A stretch of 63,903 bases of DNA, filler included, from Octopus bimaculoides (GCF_001194135.2; 6 parts of 6 records of this genome joined end to end with filler, not necessarily neighbours in it), one strand, 5' to 3'; counted from the first letter of the whole stretch, positions 12,350 to 25,994 are shown. Numbers and translations are program-made. The notes: a model not told the origin generated them from the letters alone.

Positions 12350-12900
12350 AAGATACATTTTTGGCAATTTGGTGACAGGGGATAAAAAGTAGCCGTGTGT
12401 TTATGACGTGAAACGAACGTACATGGAGTAACATCACATCTCTTCTCAAAAGCCTAAGAAGTTGAAGACGCATCGATTAGCACAGATCGTCATGATGACT
12501 GTTTTCAGAGATGACAAGAGTGTTGTTCTCCTTGATTTTCTGAGATGTTAATATGTGATAAATAGAAAGCAGTACTTTGAGACACTCACAAAGCTCAGAG
12601 AAGAAAGAGATCACGCAAGAATGTATAAACGATTCACATTCATTGACAATACCCTACCAAATACATATTTTGTAAAAAATCAGGCAATCAACAAATTAGG
12701 TTTGTCAGTGGTCCTCCATACATCGAAGAGATCTTGCACCCTTCAACATCCACTTGTTCGGTTAAATTAATGACAATATTCGGAAACAATGTGATGACAA
12801 AGACGAGGAGAAGGTGGATGTGAAAAAATGGGTACCGTAATGCTCACTCGTTGCCTTGAAAAAGAATAAAAATATAGATATTGTGTTTACTTGTTCATTT
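12350..12900 (+). mobile_element. Mariner transposase relic (catalytic region)
   Basis: NLVTGDKK*...HHISSQKPKKLKTH...VMMTVFRDDKSVVLLDFL..INRKQYFETLTKLRE...DNTLPNT...DLAPFNIHLF correspond to the mariner VTGDE, VMxTVFWD, HDNARPH and DLAPSDxHLF motifs. Confidence 0.8.
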
Positions 12901-13809
12901 TTCTTTAGCCTTCTGATGGTGACTATGAATTTTTTTCCAACGCATTAAAAATAGATAAATAAAAACAATTAATTTCTAAGGTTTTTTGAACAAAGGTGCA
13001 AATTAGTATTTAAAAAACTAAGCGTATAAAGAAATTAAGAGAATGAAGAGTGTAAAACAGTTGCAAGGTTTAAATTTCATATGTTATAATGTGAAGGAAG
13101 GTGTTGTAACTTACTATCACATAACTATTGGACATCAGGAACGAAAAGTCAAACTGATCTCCATTTCTGCTCAGCATCCTAGCTCTTCGTATACCTATTT
13201 TTTAAAGAAACATTTAATAAAGTATCCAGTTTTAATTAAAATGAATTAAAAATCAAATTGCCTTTTTATATAAATATTGACAGTCTTGACAACATAACCA
13301 AAAATTAAGGAAGACGTTTTCACTTTTTGGGGGTTATTTTTCCTTACAAAACAGTTACATGAAATTTGATTTAGGAATCCACTTCTAGTTTATTTAGCTG
13401 TAACATTTCTCAACGTCTCTGCTTTACTCAAAATGAGTTTCATTTTGCTGACATGAAATGAGGTAAAATATTAATTTTAATTCTTTATCATCCCCCTCTT
13501 AAGAGGCCTTTTTGAATTGATGCAAAACTTACATATCAAATTATAAGCTGAGAATGATTTTCTAAAAATTTAGACAATCATTCAAACCTTTAAGGACGCT
13601 TTATTTTCCAAAAAGTCAATTCTTTACTGGTTATTCAGTTTCTCATGAGCTCTTAAAATATTTTATATTTGTGATTTTCAAATTAAAACTACTTCGTTAA
13701 GACAAAATATGTCGTTAAAATATGCCACTTCAGTTCACTTAGAAGTCGAATATTACATCTTTGATCGATGCAGGTTGATGATCTATAATCAATAATACAT
13801 TTTTTTAAA

Positions 13810-14026
13810 ATAATCTTTTTTATTAGATGCTCACGGTCTGAAATTTTGTGGGAGGGGACTAGTCGATAACATCGACCTCAGTACTCAACTGGTACCTATT
13901 TCATTGACTCCGAAAGATGGAAGCTAAAGTCGATCTCACCGAGTTTGAACTCAGAACATAGAGACGAACAAAATGCCGCTAAATATTTTGTCTGATATGC
14001 TAACGATTATGCCAGCTAGTCACCTT
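13810..14026 (-). mobile_element. SINE family B (B1 tail), diverged
   Basis: GGTCTGAAATTTTGTGGGAGGGGACTAGTCGAT...AAAGTCGATCTCACCGAGTTTGAACTCAGAAC. Confidence 0.85.
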
Positions 14027-14039
14027 ATGGATCCAAAGC

Positions 14040-14840
14040 TATTTCATAACGTTTGAAACCCATCATGATTCACAATGTGAAAAAAATGTTCATATTCATT
14101 CTTTGTGCAACTGAATAGACTTCTTGTTATTCATTTGAAAAGATTTTCTATAATTCATAAAGTTCACACAATGAAGTTAAACTTTATAAAATTAAAGCAG
14201 AGTTCAAAACTAAGGGCATACTTTTTACAGATAAAGCTCATTTGTGACGAATACAATGGTCTCACTCACAGCTTGGCGATACAACTCGGATTCTCTGAGG
14301 AAATCCGTTGGGGAAAACTTGGTATTACTCACAATCGTTTGCTACTCAGTTCGACTCGTTTTTCCCAGTTTAGTATTTGTTCGCTAATGATAAAATCAAC
14401 TCTTGAATGCGATTCACAAAACATAAAATCTCCTTGAATTGAACTTTTGACAACATATCTCACAACACACATCAAATTAAAATCATCGGAAATGTTTGCT
14501 TTCGTCCATTTGTTATACAAGTTTGATCGTTCTGTATTCAAGATAAGCGAGGTCCTTCTATATTTTACGCCTTATCATCAATTCTTTCGGAATATTATAA
14601 TTTTCAATGCAAGGTGCATTAACTTATTTCCACTGTTATCTAGATAGAATGTTTCGGTTATCAATTTCGATACATCATAAAAGATCAAAGCTAAATTTTG
14701 GGTGTCTCTTTCATTATTTCTTTTTCTTTGTTTAGATCGTAGTCTACTTGTGTTATGTACGAAAAAATCCCAAAATCCATTGGTTTCGTACTCAGGATGT
14801 TGGCTATCCATTTATCGCTTCAGTTCTGTTTGTTTCATCA
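14040..14840 (-). mobile_element. hAT (Charlie/Buster-like) transposase relic
   Basis: Frameshifted minus-strand translation: LKR*MDSQHPEY, RRIDDKA*NIE-like segment, QMDES..ISDDFNLMCVVRYVVKSSIQGDFMFCE, LNWEKRVELS, DHCIRH and HCES*WVS. These correspond to the hAT DES, CxxH and HxExRWLS motifs. Confidence 0.85.
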
Positions 14841-14989
14841 GTTTCGTATATCTGGGTTTTTAATATTTTAATATTTAACAGGACGGTTATTGCAAGTATT
14901 TTCTAAGAAAAGCGGGTGTCCTAAAAACTGGTACTAGGCTGCAGGACATGTTTAGGAAACGCTGGTGTAAACGCAACAAAGCTATGTTG

Positions 14990-15024
<35 letters not shown>

Positions 15025-15694
15025 AAAAGAAGGAATGAGAAAGAAAGACAGAAAGGAAAACGTATCGACAACTAATAAACATAAAAAGAATGAGTGAAGA
15101 CAAGAGAAAGGCTTAAATAAAAGATCACATAAGGAACATGTGGCTTGTATATTTATTTATATAAACCGTTGCACAAAAATGCGAGCACCTGGTGCGAATC
15201 AGATTCATGTCTCCTTGATGTCGCTTCGTTATTAATTACCGTTAAAGCGTGTCTCTTTAACGTGGTTTTCTTGTCATATTAGAGACTCCATACCAGTATG
15301 CAGTATTTTGATTTCGATTCGATTATATTGTGAGGTCGCTGAAACAGACGGCATATTGACTGATTCATTTATGTCATTTTAAGGAAAACTATTTGTTGTT
15401 TTCTTATCATGTCGAAAGCAGCTCGGCAGTTTTAAATGCGATTTATTGAATGGCTAAGGTAGAAACTGAACAGTGATTGCACGCTTGCGTTTCAATTATG
15501 AGTACATTCTTGTACAACAAATTCTTATGCGTAGTGTTGGTTTTCCCTTTCTTGAGGAGGTTGTATGATGAATTAATTCTATTTTACCGTTTTTCAAAGA
15601 TCGAACTAGATTCTAACACGTAGAATCACCGAGAAGCAATTGAGGTTAGAATATAGGATATATGCAATGGACAGAATGATAGGATAAAAATATT

Positions 15695-15810
15695 GATTCT
15701 GATTTAGGTATAAGACCAGAAATTTGGAAAAGAAGAGCTTGGTTGATACCATTGGCCCCAGAACTGCTTTGGTACTCTATCTTATCTATCCCGGAGGGTT
15801 GAAAGGAAAA
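15695..15810 (-). mobile_element. SINE family B, very degraded
   Basis: AAGACCAGAAATTTGG...TTGGTACTCTATCTTATCTATCCCGGAGGGTTGAAAGGAAAAGT aligns loosely to the B1 tail and body. Confidence 0.5.
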
Positions 15811-15992
15811 GTATGAAACTAGCCTCCAATTTGCTACGTTCTAGATGTATGGTTGGATGTAAAAAAAAAAAAAAAACCTATGTCTGTTCCAAGTAGAATT
15901 CAAATATAATATTATAACTTGATAATTATTATTTGTACATATTAATCTCCTTTGCAAGATGGGAATAAACGAAAGGAATATAAAGAGATAAG

Positions 15993-16095
15993 ATAATACT
16001 TTCTACTAATAAGCACAAGGCCTGAAATTTTTGGAGGGGTGGGGAGGAGGGGTTAGACGGTTACATCGATCCCAGTACCCAAATGGTGCATTTTG
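15993..16095 (-). mobile_element. SINE family B, 3' fragment
   Basis: ATAATACTTTCTACTAATAAGCACAAGGCCTGAAATTTTTGG...ACATCGATCCCAGTAC. Confidence 0.75.
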
Positions 16096-16388
16096 TTGAA
16101 AGATCGAAAACTGGTAACGTTTTGTTCATTGGACAGACGTCGACCTTCCACAATCTACCATAGAGAGCGGCTGAAAATACATGCTTTGCTAAGAACGCAG
16201 AAGACTATCTGGTTCCATCTACAAAAGAGTTTTGAGATAGGCAAGTGAAATAATCTTAACTGAGAGAAACAGCATATGATGTTATATGTATCATCCTTAA
16301 AATAGAGGACGGGCTAAAGCGCAAATCCAAATAGTATACGGTGGTCTTGTGTCAAAGTTAGAAAGCATTAATTATTTATTCTTCCTTG

Positions 16389-16608
16389 AAGGCAGCGAGT
16401 TTGAAGAAGCGTTAGCATGTCGGACAAATGCATAGCAGTATTTCATTCGCCTTTATGTTCTGAATTCAAATGCCACTGAGGTAGATTTTGCCTTTCAATC
16501 CTTTCGGGGGTCTATGAAATAAATACCAATTGAGCATTTGGGTCGATGTAATCGACAAGCCCCCTTCTCCAAAATTTCAGGCCTTGTGCCCATACTAGAG
16601 AGGCTTAT
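16389..16608 (+). mobile_element. SINE family B, full length, diverged
   Basis: AAGGCAGCGAG head, GTTCTGAATTCAAAT box B, TTTGCCTTTCAATCCTTTCGGGG body and AAATTTCAGGCCTTGTGCC tail. Confidence 0.88.
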
Positions 16609-17384
16609 TTTTTCTTCCTTTATTTTATATGCAAAATATGGACAGTGCAGAACACTCTATGAATTAATATTCAGAAGGTATCATATAATACGCTACCCAG
16701 TTTAGTTACACAATGTAAAAAAGTTGAAAAGTTGAGAAGTATATTATTTGTCTCGATCAAAAAGTATAAAGAATGGAAACGGCAAATTATGATTAATATA
16801 AAACAGCGGAAATACCTGTCTCTGCAGATGATGATGTTTTATCGAAAAATGACAAAGCAGGAAAAAAGCTTCCCACCAAACTATCACGATAAGAGGTTTC
16901 TAGTTTACAAAGGATAAATAATCCAAAGTTAAAGTGATGAATGCTGAAGGAAAAGCCGAGATTAGGAATAGAACTTTACAAGTATTTTCCGAAAAAAATT
17001 AAAAAATAATGGTGAAAATTTAGATGAAAACTTTCCGACATTATCGAACGGATACAAATTTGATTCTTCAAAAACAGACTGTCAGCGCTCTTTAGAACAA
17101 TTTGTGATAGAATAAATGGTAAACATAGACTGGTGTCAGCGAAATTTAATGATTAATGAATATTAGTTATAAGACGATGGCGATTTCCAATCTTGCAAAT
17201 ATATTCGTTATTAGCTAAAGTATTGTATACTGCTTTCTTTGATCAGTGTGCATTTGCTTTTGTTTCCTCTTTCCGAAGAATAATGATATAGAAATATTCC
17301 TGATTTAGTGCATTCTCTATTATATCCATTATTGATTGTTTATTGGTTGTTGTGGAAAAAGCAAGTATTATTAATATTATTATA

Positions 17385-17388
17385 ATTT

Positions 17389-17450
<62 letters not shown>
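17385..17450. repeat. (TTA)n microsatellite
   Basis: About 20 perfect TTA units. Confidence 0.95.
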
Positions 17451-17452
<2 letters not shown>

Positions 17453-17514
17453 AATACTTCGTGAATAGTAGAATGATTGTTAGATTTTTGTTAGAAATAT
17501 ATTACATCCATTGT

Positions 17515-17690
17515 CGCAAGCATGGTTGAGAGGTTAACAAGCTCACTTTGCAACTACGAGATTTCTTTTTCAGTCCCACTATGAAGCATCTGGGACAAGT
17601 GTCTTTTACAATATCACAAGCCGACTAATGTCTTGTTAGGGAATTTGGTTGACGGAAACGGTGCGCAAGCCCGTAATGTAACTACATACG
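17515..17690 (+). mobile_element. SINE family A, degraded 5' half
   Basis: TTCAGTCCCACT...GGACAAGTGTCTT...GCCGACTAATGTCTTGT...ATTTGGTTGACGGAAAC. Confidence 0.65.
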
Positions 17691-17803
17691 TGCTGTTGGT
17701 GATTTCTTTTCCTTCTTTGAATTTTTCCGTTTCCCCTTTCCGACAAAGAGCTATGCTCGNNNNNNNNNNNNNNNNNNNNNNNNNNNNNNNNNNNNNNNNN
17801 NNN

Positions 17804-17815
17804 TTAATTAATTAA
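17804..17815. other. Artificial scaffold spacer TTAATTAATTAA between two 44-N runs; also at 41526, 57123, 60333 and 62333
   Basis: The same 12-mer, which has stops in all six frames, sits centred in a 100-bp N block five times. Confidence 0.95.
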
Positions 17816-17859
17816 NNNNNNNNNNNNNNNNNNNNNNNNNNNNNNNNNNNNNNNNNNNN

Positions 17860-17939
<80 letters not shown>

Positions 17940-18336
17940 TGCTCGATCTTGCTCTCTTACATACAAATAAACATGCAGATATGAGACTAACAGGCATACA
18001 AATAAAACACATGCATACAGATGCGTTTTCATAATACTTGTTTTCACTGAATGTATATATGTACACACACACACACACACAAGCATACGAACATATATAC
18101 CAGACATGCATATGTATGTATGTATGTATGTATGTATGCATGCATGTATGCATGTATGTATGTATGTATGTATGTATGTATTATGTATGTATGCATGCAT
18201 GTATGCATGTATGTATGTATGTATGTATGTATTATGTATGTATGTGTGCGTGCGTGTATGTATGTATGTATGTATTCACACACACACAAGCACACAAGCA
18301 CGTACGAAGATACGCACACCAGCGTATATCTATCTA

Positions 18337-18377
<41 letters not shown>

Positions 18378-18495
18378 ATGTATGTATGCATTTATGTATG
18401 TATGTTTGTGTGTGTGGGTATGCATGTATGCATATATGTATGCATGTATGTATGTATGTATGTATGTATGTATGCATGCATGTATGCACGCATGT
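17860..18495. repeat. Compound microsatellite: (CT)n, (CA)n, (TATG/TGCA)n, (TCTG)n
   Basis: Read directly; source of the CMYV and HTYI ORFs. Confidence 0.95.
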
Positions 18496-19030
18496 ATGAA
18501 ACGAAAGTGTGGTTAGACAAATAAACAGAGTAGCCAGTGGCATGCATATGGAGAACGGAAACAAAGAAAGGTATATGAGATGCAATAACAGATAAATTCA
18601 TGCTTTATTCAAACTGTCTTCTTTCTTAGAAGAGGTAGAATAATCGCTAGGTAACAACTGGGACCAACTCTTGCATTTTACCATTAAGGAAAATATAATT
18701 TGATTATTTGTTGACAAGAGTGCAGCAGAAGAAACCTATTTCTATGTCAATAAGCGTCCTCTGCACCGTTGTTATCACACTCTAATATGTATATCTATAA
18801 ATATAATACAATTACAAGATCGTTGTTAACCCAAGTTTCAAGGAAATCAAACTAGTTTAGTACTTATCCCCAGATGCCGGCTGATAAGTTACTGCCTACC
18901 CATCTCAACAAAGATATTCGTTTTGGGCACAAAGAAAATGGACCTTAGTTTCGTTTGTGCTCTGAATATTCTGGGAGACAATACAATAATGATAACCTGA
19001 AATTAAGCGGATTCAAAGATAAAATTGTTA

Positions 19031-19064
<34 letters not shown>

Positions 19065-20649
19065 NNNNNNNNNNNNNNNNNNNNNNNNNNNNNNNNNNNN
19101 NNNNNNNNNNNNNNNNNNNNNNNNNNNNNNNNNNNNNNNNNNNNNNNNNNNNNNNNNNNNNNNNNNNNNNNNNNNNNNNNNNNNNNNNNNNNNNNNNNNN
19201 NNNNNNNNNNNNNNNNNNNNNNNNNNNNNNNNNNNNNNNNNNNNNNNNNNNNNNNNNNNNNNNNNNNNNNNNNNNNNNNNNNNNNNNNNNNNNNNNNNNN
19301 NNNNNNNNNNNNNNNNNNNNNNNNNNNNNNNNNNNNNNNNNNNNNNNNNNNNNNNNNNNNNNNNNNNNNNNNNNNNNNNNNNNNNNNNNNNNNNNNNNNN
19401 NNNNNNNNNNNNNNNNNNNNNNNNNNNNNNNNNNNNNNNNNNNNNNNNNNNNNNNNNNNNNNNNNNNNNNNNNNNNNNNNNNNNNNNNNNNNNNNNNNNN
19501 NNNNNNNNNNNNNNNNNNNNNNNNNNNNNNNNNNNNNNNNNNNNNNNNNNNNNNNNNNNNNNNNNNNNNNNNNNNNNNNNNNNNNNNNNNNNNNNNNNNN
19601 NNNNNNNNNNNNNNNNNNNNNNNNNNNNNNNNNNNNNNNNNNNNNNNNNNNNNNNNNNNNNNNNNNNNNNNNNNNNNNNNNNNNNNNNNNNNNNNNNNNN
19701 NNNNNNNNNNNNNNNNNNNNNNNNNNNNNNNNNNNNNNNNNNNNNNNNNNNNNNNNNNNNNNNNNNNNNNNNNNNNNNNNNNNNNNNNNNNNNNNNNNNN
19801 NNNNNNNNNNNNNNNNNNNNNNNNNNNNNNNNNNNNNNNNNNNNNNNNNNNNNNNNNNNNNNNNNNNNNNNNNNNNNNNNNNNNNNNNNNNNNNNNNNNN
19901 NNNNNNNNNNNNNNNNNNNNNNNNNNNNNNNNNNNNNNNNNNNNNNNNNNNNNNNNNNNNNNNNNNNNNNNNNNNNNNNNNNNNNNNNNCCTTCAATAGC
20001 ACTTTCGTTCGTTTATGAACTCCTCAAGGCAAAATCAAAATCAAAATGATTTTGTTTTGACGAGTTCGTAAACGAACGAAAGTGCTAATAAAGGATTGTC
20101 CAAAGTTCTGCCTGCCTCCTTTTTCTCAATATACAATATCTGTACATCACTTCAAACACTCTTCACACACACACGCACACACACAGGCACGCACGCACAC
20201 ACACACGCACACACACACGCATGCACACACACACACACAGATAGATAGATAGATAGATACATACATACATACATACATACATACATACATACATACACAC
20301 ATACATACATACATACATAGCAGTGTGCTAAGACTTCAACAAATAGTGTAGGATACGATCAGCTAAAAGAGTAAAGATATTATAATAAAAACAGCAAGTC
20401 CTTTGAAAGAGAGCTACTCAGGATTTCCTGGTCGAAATATCAATTTATTTCATCATTTTCCAAGCTGATAAAAACAAGACGGTTTGTTAACTGCGATTGA
20501 AGCAGTCAACGTTTGAATGAGAAGGCTCATATATAAAAAAAAAAGACAGAGAAAAATTCAGAGGAGATAACCAACGTTACAACAAAAATAACGCATATCC
20601 AAATTACGTAAACGAGACTGGAATGATTTATGATTTGTCCGATGGTCTA

Positions 20650-21340
20650 TCTTTAATTTCCGCCAAGATGTATTTTTATGATGCGGACATAAAGAAAGAA
20701 TCTCGCCTCTGGGATTTACACCATCATTGGAGGCTCTAAAATTTTGTTATAAAGTATTGTCTTTTGAAGGAACATATCGAACATCGTTTTGACTCGTCAA
20801 CAGTTTGGTCATGGAAAGGATTTTCCATTTGATGTTGTAACTGATGCCTTCTTCCTTATGCGACCTGATTAATGCCGAAAGGGTTGTTGCCTGTCTCTTC
20901 TCGTGATGCCTAAAGGTCGGTTGATGACTGTTGCATCTGGATTTAAATCTTTCTCCTACTGATCCAGTATAATACTTGGTCTCTGTTCGGCCGTTGTCAT
21001 AATTTGTCGACAACCATCCTTCATAAACAACGGAGAATATATCACATGCCCCATCGAGAGGATATTTAGATTTATCTCTGCATCTGCATTCAGGACAGGA
21101 TTGAGCCATCGAGTGTTTATTGATATAGGCCTTTACATTAGCAAGACACGAAAAGTGATTTTAATAGTGTGCCTATTAATTATCTTTCTGTCTCTGTGGT
21201 TGCTAGGAAATTGAATATCTAATAAGTGTAAGAATTTTCTACCTACATTTGTCCTAACATTTAGGAAGAAGGGCGAAGCGAGCCATAACATTTTACGGGA
21301 CCTATTCTTATGACCAGATGGTTGAAGAAGAGGAGGGTTA
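20650..21340 (-). mobile_element. Penelope-like element relic 2 (different type): linker and GIY-YIG endonuclease
   Basis: KNRSRKMLWLASPFFLNVRTNVGRKFLHLLDIQFP..RKIINRHTIKIT(F)SCLANVKAYINKH, CRCRDKSKYPLDGAC..SVVY, KYYTGS..RFKSRCNSH, TTLS..IKWKIL, KRCSIC and NPRGEILSLCPH, across frameshifts. Confidence 0.9.
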
Positions 21341-22806
21341 TAATATCACAGAATGATTGCAGAATCCGTACATCTCTATAAATTTTCGAGCATAAGAGAG
21401 AAAAAGAAACGGAACATCAACTGCTCTGATTCTAATTTATCTACTAGAATTTTGCTGTTGCACAAAAGCAATGCATTAATGCAATTTTAGATTTGCATAA
21501 TACATATGACATAAATTAAATACTTTGCTTTCATTTTTCACTTATGGTCATTCATTTTCTTTATAAACACTCACTAGAACTTTTCATTAAAAATCATCCA
21601 TACTTTCAGACTGTATCATGCTACACTTTCACTTTCAGTTATTCACTTTCAGTATATTAGCGTCTAATGTTGATTGTTCGCGATAATTTTCCAGATTTAG
21701 TTTCACTTTGTGAACATAAAACGAAAGAATACCAATTGGTATATAACGTACTGTTCCCAAAGTGATTGGCAATATTCTGAAATGTATAGTTGGTTTAGCA
21801 AGGATACCTGAAAAGTTTGGCTCAAGTCAACACATTACATGTTGCTTATTAACATAACGCATTGATTTTATACTTCAGAGGATATTGCGGGATAAAAAAA
21901 AAATCGACATTTTTTTTATCTGTTCATCTAAAAGTCATTAGGTATTTGTAAATCATGATTTTAACTGAGAGATCTGTTATATTGGGATGGATTAATTAAG
22001 AAAAGAAATATAAGTTAAAGCATCGGCGACCGATTGATTAAGAGAAAGCAGACGACATCCGTTTTAGTTGGCGCGAACGATATCCGGAGTTCACATGAGG
22101 TATTCATACTGGTCGCCGACACATGAGACATTGAAAACAACAGCCAGGACACACATGGACAGTAAAAAACTATAAACATATATTTCACAAAAATATTCTT
22201 TTATCTAAAAAAAATGAATAAATAAAAGGAGTGGAATGAAATCCGGTAATGAAATTACCCGTTTATTTATTGGTGATATATTACTGCGTACAATCACTAC
22301 ATTTAACAAGTTTTTTATCTAGTGTATTTGGACATGCAATAAAGCATCACCATCTAGTTCTATGTTAGTTTCAAACAGTTACAAAACTTCACACCAGAAA
22401 CCTGTTCCTTCTGTTTTCTCTGCAGACACTTGTTAGATTGTCAACATGAACCTCACCTCTCTGGATAGGTCAGCTTAAGGTCATGGGCAATGCCTCCCCA
22501 CCCCCAAACTTATCAACAGTCTCAATGTTTGATGATCTTCTTAGTACATTATTGTATATATATATATATATCTTACATTCTGTTATATTCCAGAAATAAT
22601 TTTTTCTTCTGAGTACCCAGTTCATTAACCTTTCAATTATGATACTTTCATTCAAAGACTCAATCTTTATCCTCTCGCTTTGTCACTCAGTAACTTTATT
22701 TTTATCTTACATCTACACTCACACTCTGTCTTCTGCCTTTCTTCTCTCTGTATGTCTTCTGTCTTTCTTCTCTCTCGTTCTCTCTATTTCTTTCTTTCTC
22801 CCCACC

Positions 22807-22850
<44 letters not shown>

Positions 22851-23984
22851 CTCTTTTTGACTCAAGACATCTCGAAATTCTACAAGAAACTATTAGAGAC
22901 AATAACCATTATATGTATATTTATGTTTATATTCAAAATCATTATACTACTGTAAAATTCCACGTATATAACATGCACGTTTTATTCCCAAATCAAGATT
23001 AAACCAAATCAAGATTAAAATTATAGAATCTTGTTATAAAGGGTATTAGACAGTAAGGTTGTTCGCCACCCATTTTTTATTAAGAAAATAATAATGTAAT
23101 AAAGAATGGCTAATTTTTAGATTATTTTCTTTTATAGATCAATTAAATTATATAAGTGAAATATTAAAAAGTAATATATTGAATTATAGTAGATTATCTA
23201 CACTTCTGGCTGTTGTTTAGCACTACGTATAATGCATGGTATTACGAGATTTTAAAGAAATTTTGACTCCAAAATCGAGATTCGTAAATGGTAAGCATAT
23301 TATATATATGGACCTTTACGGTAATTTTTTTTATTCGATCAGTATTGGTAAACTTCTACTAGATAGTTGATAATTTTAACAACGTACCTGAAGCATATCT
23401 CAAAGTTTTATGGACAGAATTGATGTTGAAGTCCATGTGATGCATTGTACTTGTTCTTGGGTTGTAGACTTTGGATACTTTTAGCGGAATCTACAACACT
23501 CGTATTCGGATCAAGTTTTAATTCTAAGGATAGATAATATGATAGTTTGATATGCTTCTTCCTATTACTGATTCGTGGTTTCTTCTCCATTTGACTTGGA
23601 GGTATATAGAAGTTCTTGGACGTTGCCAGGAAACTGTTGTATATCTTTAATCTGGCAGCAGTTCTTTACCTATACTAATAGGATAAGTTATTTACTTCTA
23701 ACTTGGGGATAAACAATATAACAGCGTGTGTCTATTAACTGTATTATGAACTCAAGGTTTAGAAACAAAATTCATGTTGCAGTACACTTGGTAATAACAT
23801 AAGAATTAATTTTATAGCATTTCTTTGAACAGTTGGATTTTGATAGATCATTTAATAATTATATTTACCGCCAGTATTTTACTGTAAACTGTGATTCCCG
23901 ATTTTAGACACAGGGTCAACAATTTCGGAGTGCGGGTTTAGTCGATACTATTTACATCAGTACCTGACTCGTATCTGACTTAAT

Positions 23985-24160
23985 TCGCCACCCGGTTTAA
24001 CACCACCACCTGGTCTTTAGGCATCTTTAACGGGATTCAGCACACTCATTTGCAAAAATTCAGACCAGATCCCCAGTTTGAAAATAATGTCCTCCCTTCC
24101 TTCCACCAATTTTGAAGGCCCATTAAGAGGAAAGAAAGTCAGTGGCCCTGTCCTTCCCCT
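23985..24160 (+). repeat. Family E repeat, copy 2
   Basis: Similar to 2450-2640. Confidence 0.5.
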
Positions 24161-24527
24161 TGTATAAAAAATAAAAATAAAAATAAAATCTAAAAAGCTC
24201 TATGCAGTAAAAATAGATATTAGGTTCGAATGCAGCTTGAGTGACTGTTTCTTTTTTCATATTTAAAATGATGATTATTATGCGGAATATAATTACTTTA
24301 GAAATAAAATTCTTTTAAATCTTCTTCGGAAGTGTTTTACTTTTATTACACGTTGTAAAATGAACATTGGTGAGACATTTGTTTGTATAATTCATAATTT
24401 AGTTTCCTGCCCTGCTTTTACATCATTTTCTTATCCCCACCTCCATCCCTTGGGGGTCTTCGTAATTTCTTAAATAACCTCATTCACGAAAATGTCGACA
24501 GCATTCACATCATTTATAATCTCACAG

Positions 24528-24633
<106 letters not shown>

Positions 24634-25073
24634 GGCGCGCGCACTCAAAATCTCGACAACAATTTGGATCCGTATCAAACTTGTCTCGAAACATCAGATT
24701 CACATGTACACTTTCTGCTGCTTGACTTTGTAATACAGGTCAGCTCTGAGAAACACAGAAAATTGCTAATTTCCTTTCGAAACAGTCCATTTTGTTCTGT
24801 ATTTATTACGCATACTAAGTTACATTGACTCGAATAAGAAGAAGCAGGTCACATGAAGAATCTAAGTGAAAGGGGAACAGAAAGAGGATTTGAGAAATCG
24901 GGACAGGATAAAATGATTACAAGAACGATAGAAGTTTATGAACGTGAAGTGCGAATATATAATTCTTCTAAATTAAATTCTGCAAATTGATAAATATTAT
25001 AACAGGGAATAAATAAATCTTTAAAACCTGAATCAGTCTAGAAATCGGTAACATTAAAGAGGACATTTCAATA

Positions 25074-25250
25074 GGCGTATGAGTGGCTGTGTAGTAAGAA
25101 GCTTGCTTTCAACCACACGGTTCTGGGTTCAGGCACACTGCGTGGCACCTTGGGTGAGTGTCTTCTACTATAGCCTCGGGATGACCAAAGCCTTGTGAGT
25201 GGATTTGGTGGACGGAAACTGAAAAGAATCCTATCGTATGTGTGGTGTGT
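25074..25250 (+). mobile_element. SINE family A, 5' half
   Basis: GGCGTATGAGTGGCTGTGTAGTAAGAAGCTTGC...GTGGCACCTTGGGTGAGTGTCTTCTACTATAGCCTCGGG...GCCTTGTGAGTGGATTTGG. Confidence 0.88.
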
Positions 25251-25291
25251 GTGTGCGTCCGTGCGTGTTGGGAGACAAATACAGATGCAAA

Positions 25292-25324
<33 letters not shown>

Positions 25325-25962
25325 TATACCTACGTCTTTCATTTTATGTTTAAAAGACACTATATTTACAGGTTTTGTGTTGTTTTGTATTTAGCTGTTA
25401 CTGTCTTTTTACACTGATCTTCTTGTGTTATTATTTAACGTTTATGGTTACGTATATATCCTTCCCCTGCGCTGTAGTTCTCAATCATATTTTATCTATT
25501 GCTCCCTATTCTGGTGAATTTATATATCCATTCCTTGTTTACAGATGCTTCTTTCAAAATTACTATTTTCCTAATCACACATTCACTTGTACTATGTAAA
25601 ATAGCAGAGACAGGAACCCAGCTGTTTCTTGCAATAAATACATCTAAAACAAAATATTTTCATGAACCCATAAAATAGTACTGTGAATTCCCAATTTACT
25701 ATATTTTGAACCCCCAAAATCTTATATGGGCTACAAGGGGTTATATGGACCCCAGTGGAGAACCACGGCTCTACCGGCTTCAATAAAAGCTATTGACACC
25801 ACTGGGTCGCATAATTCTGTCAGCGGGTATCGAAATTGCATGGACATCCAGCCGATTATTGACGTCTGTTTGTTTTTCGCTGTTTGAATTTTACCTTTAG
25901 TGTTTCCTATACGCTGATATTCCGTTTCTGTGTTCCTAATACACGCAAACACACACACACAT

Positions 25963-25964
<2 letters not shown>

Positions 25965-25994
<30 letters not shown>

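Noticed and set aside
17804-17815. TTAATTAATTAA as a biological motif
   Set aside because: It is always centred in exactly 44+44 Ns, five times, so it is an assembly spacer. Adjacency and orientation across these joins are therefore less certain.
18955-20049. Long ORFs running through N gaps (also near 38513, 46033, 49617 and 58204)
   Set aside because: They are open only because N codons are not stops.
25472-25768. hAT MITE with CAGTGGTTCTCAA-like ends
   Set aside because: Both putative TIRs are degenerate and no TSD is visible; plausible but not supportable.
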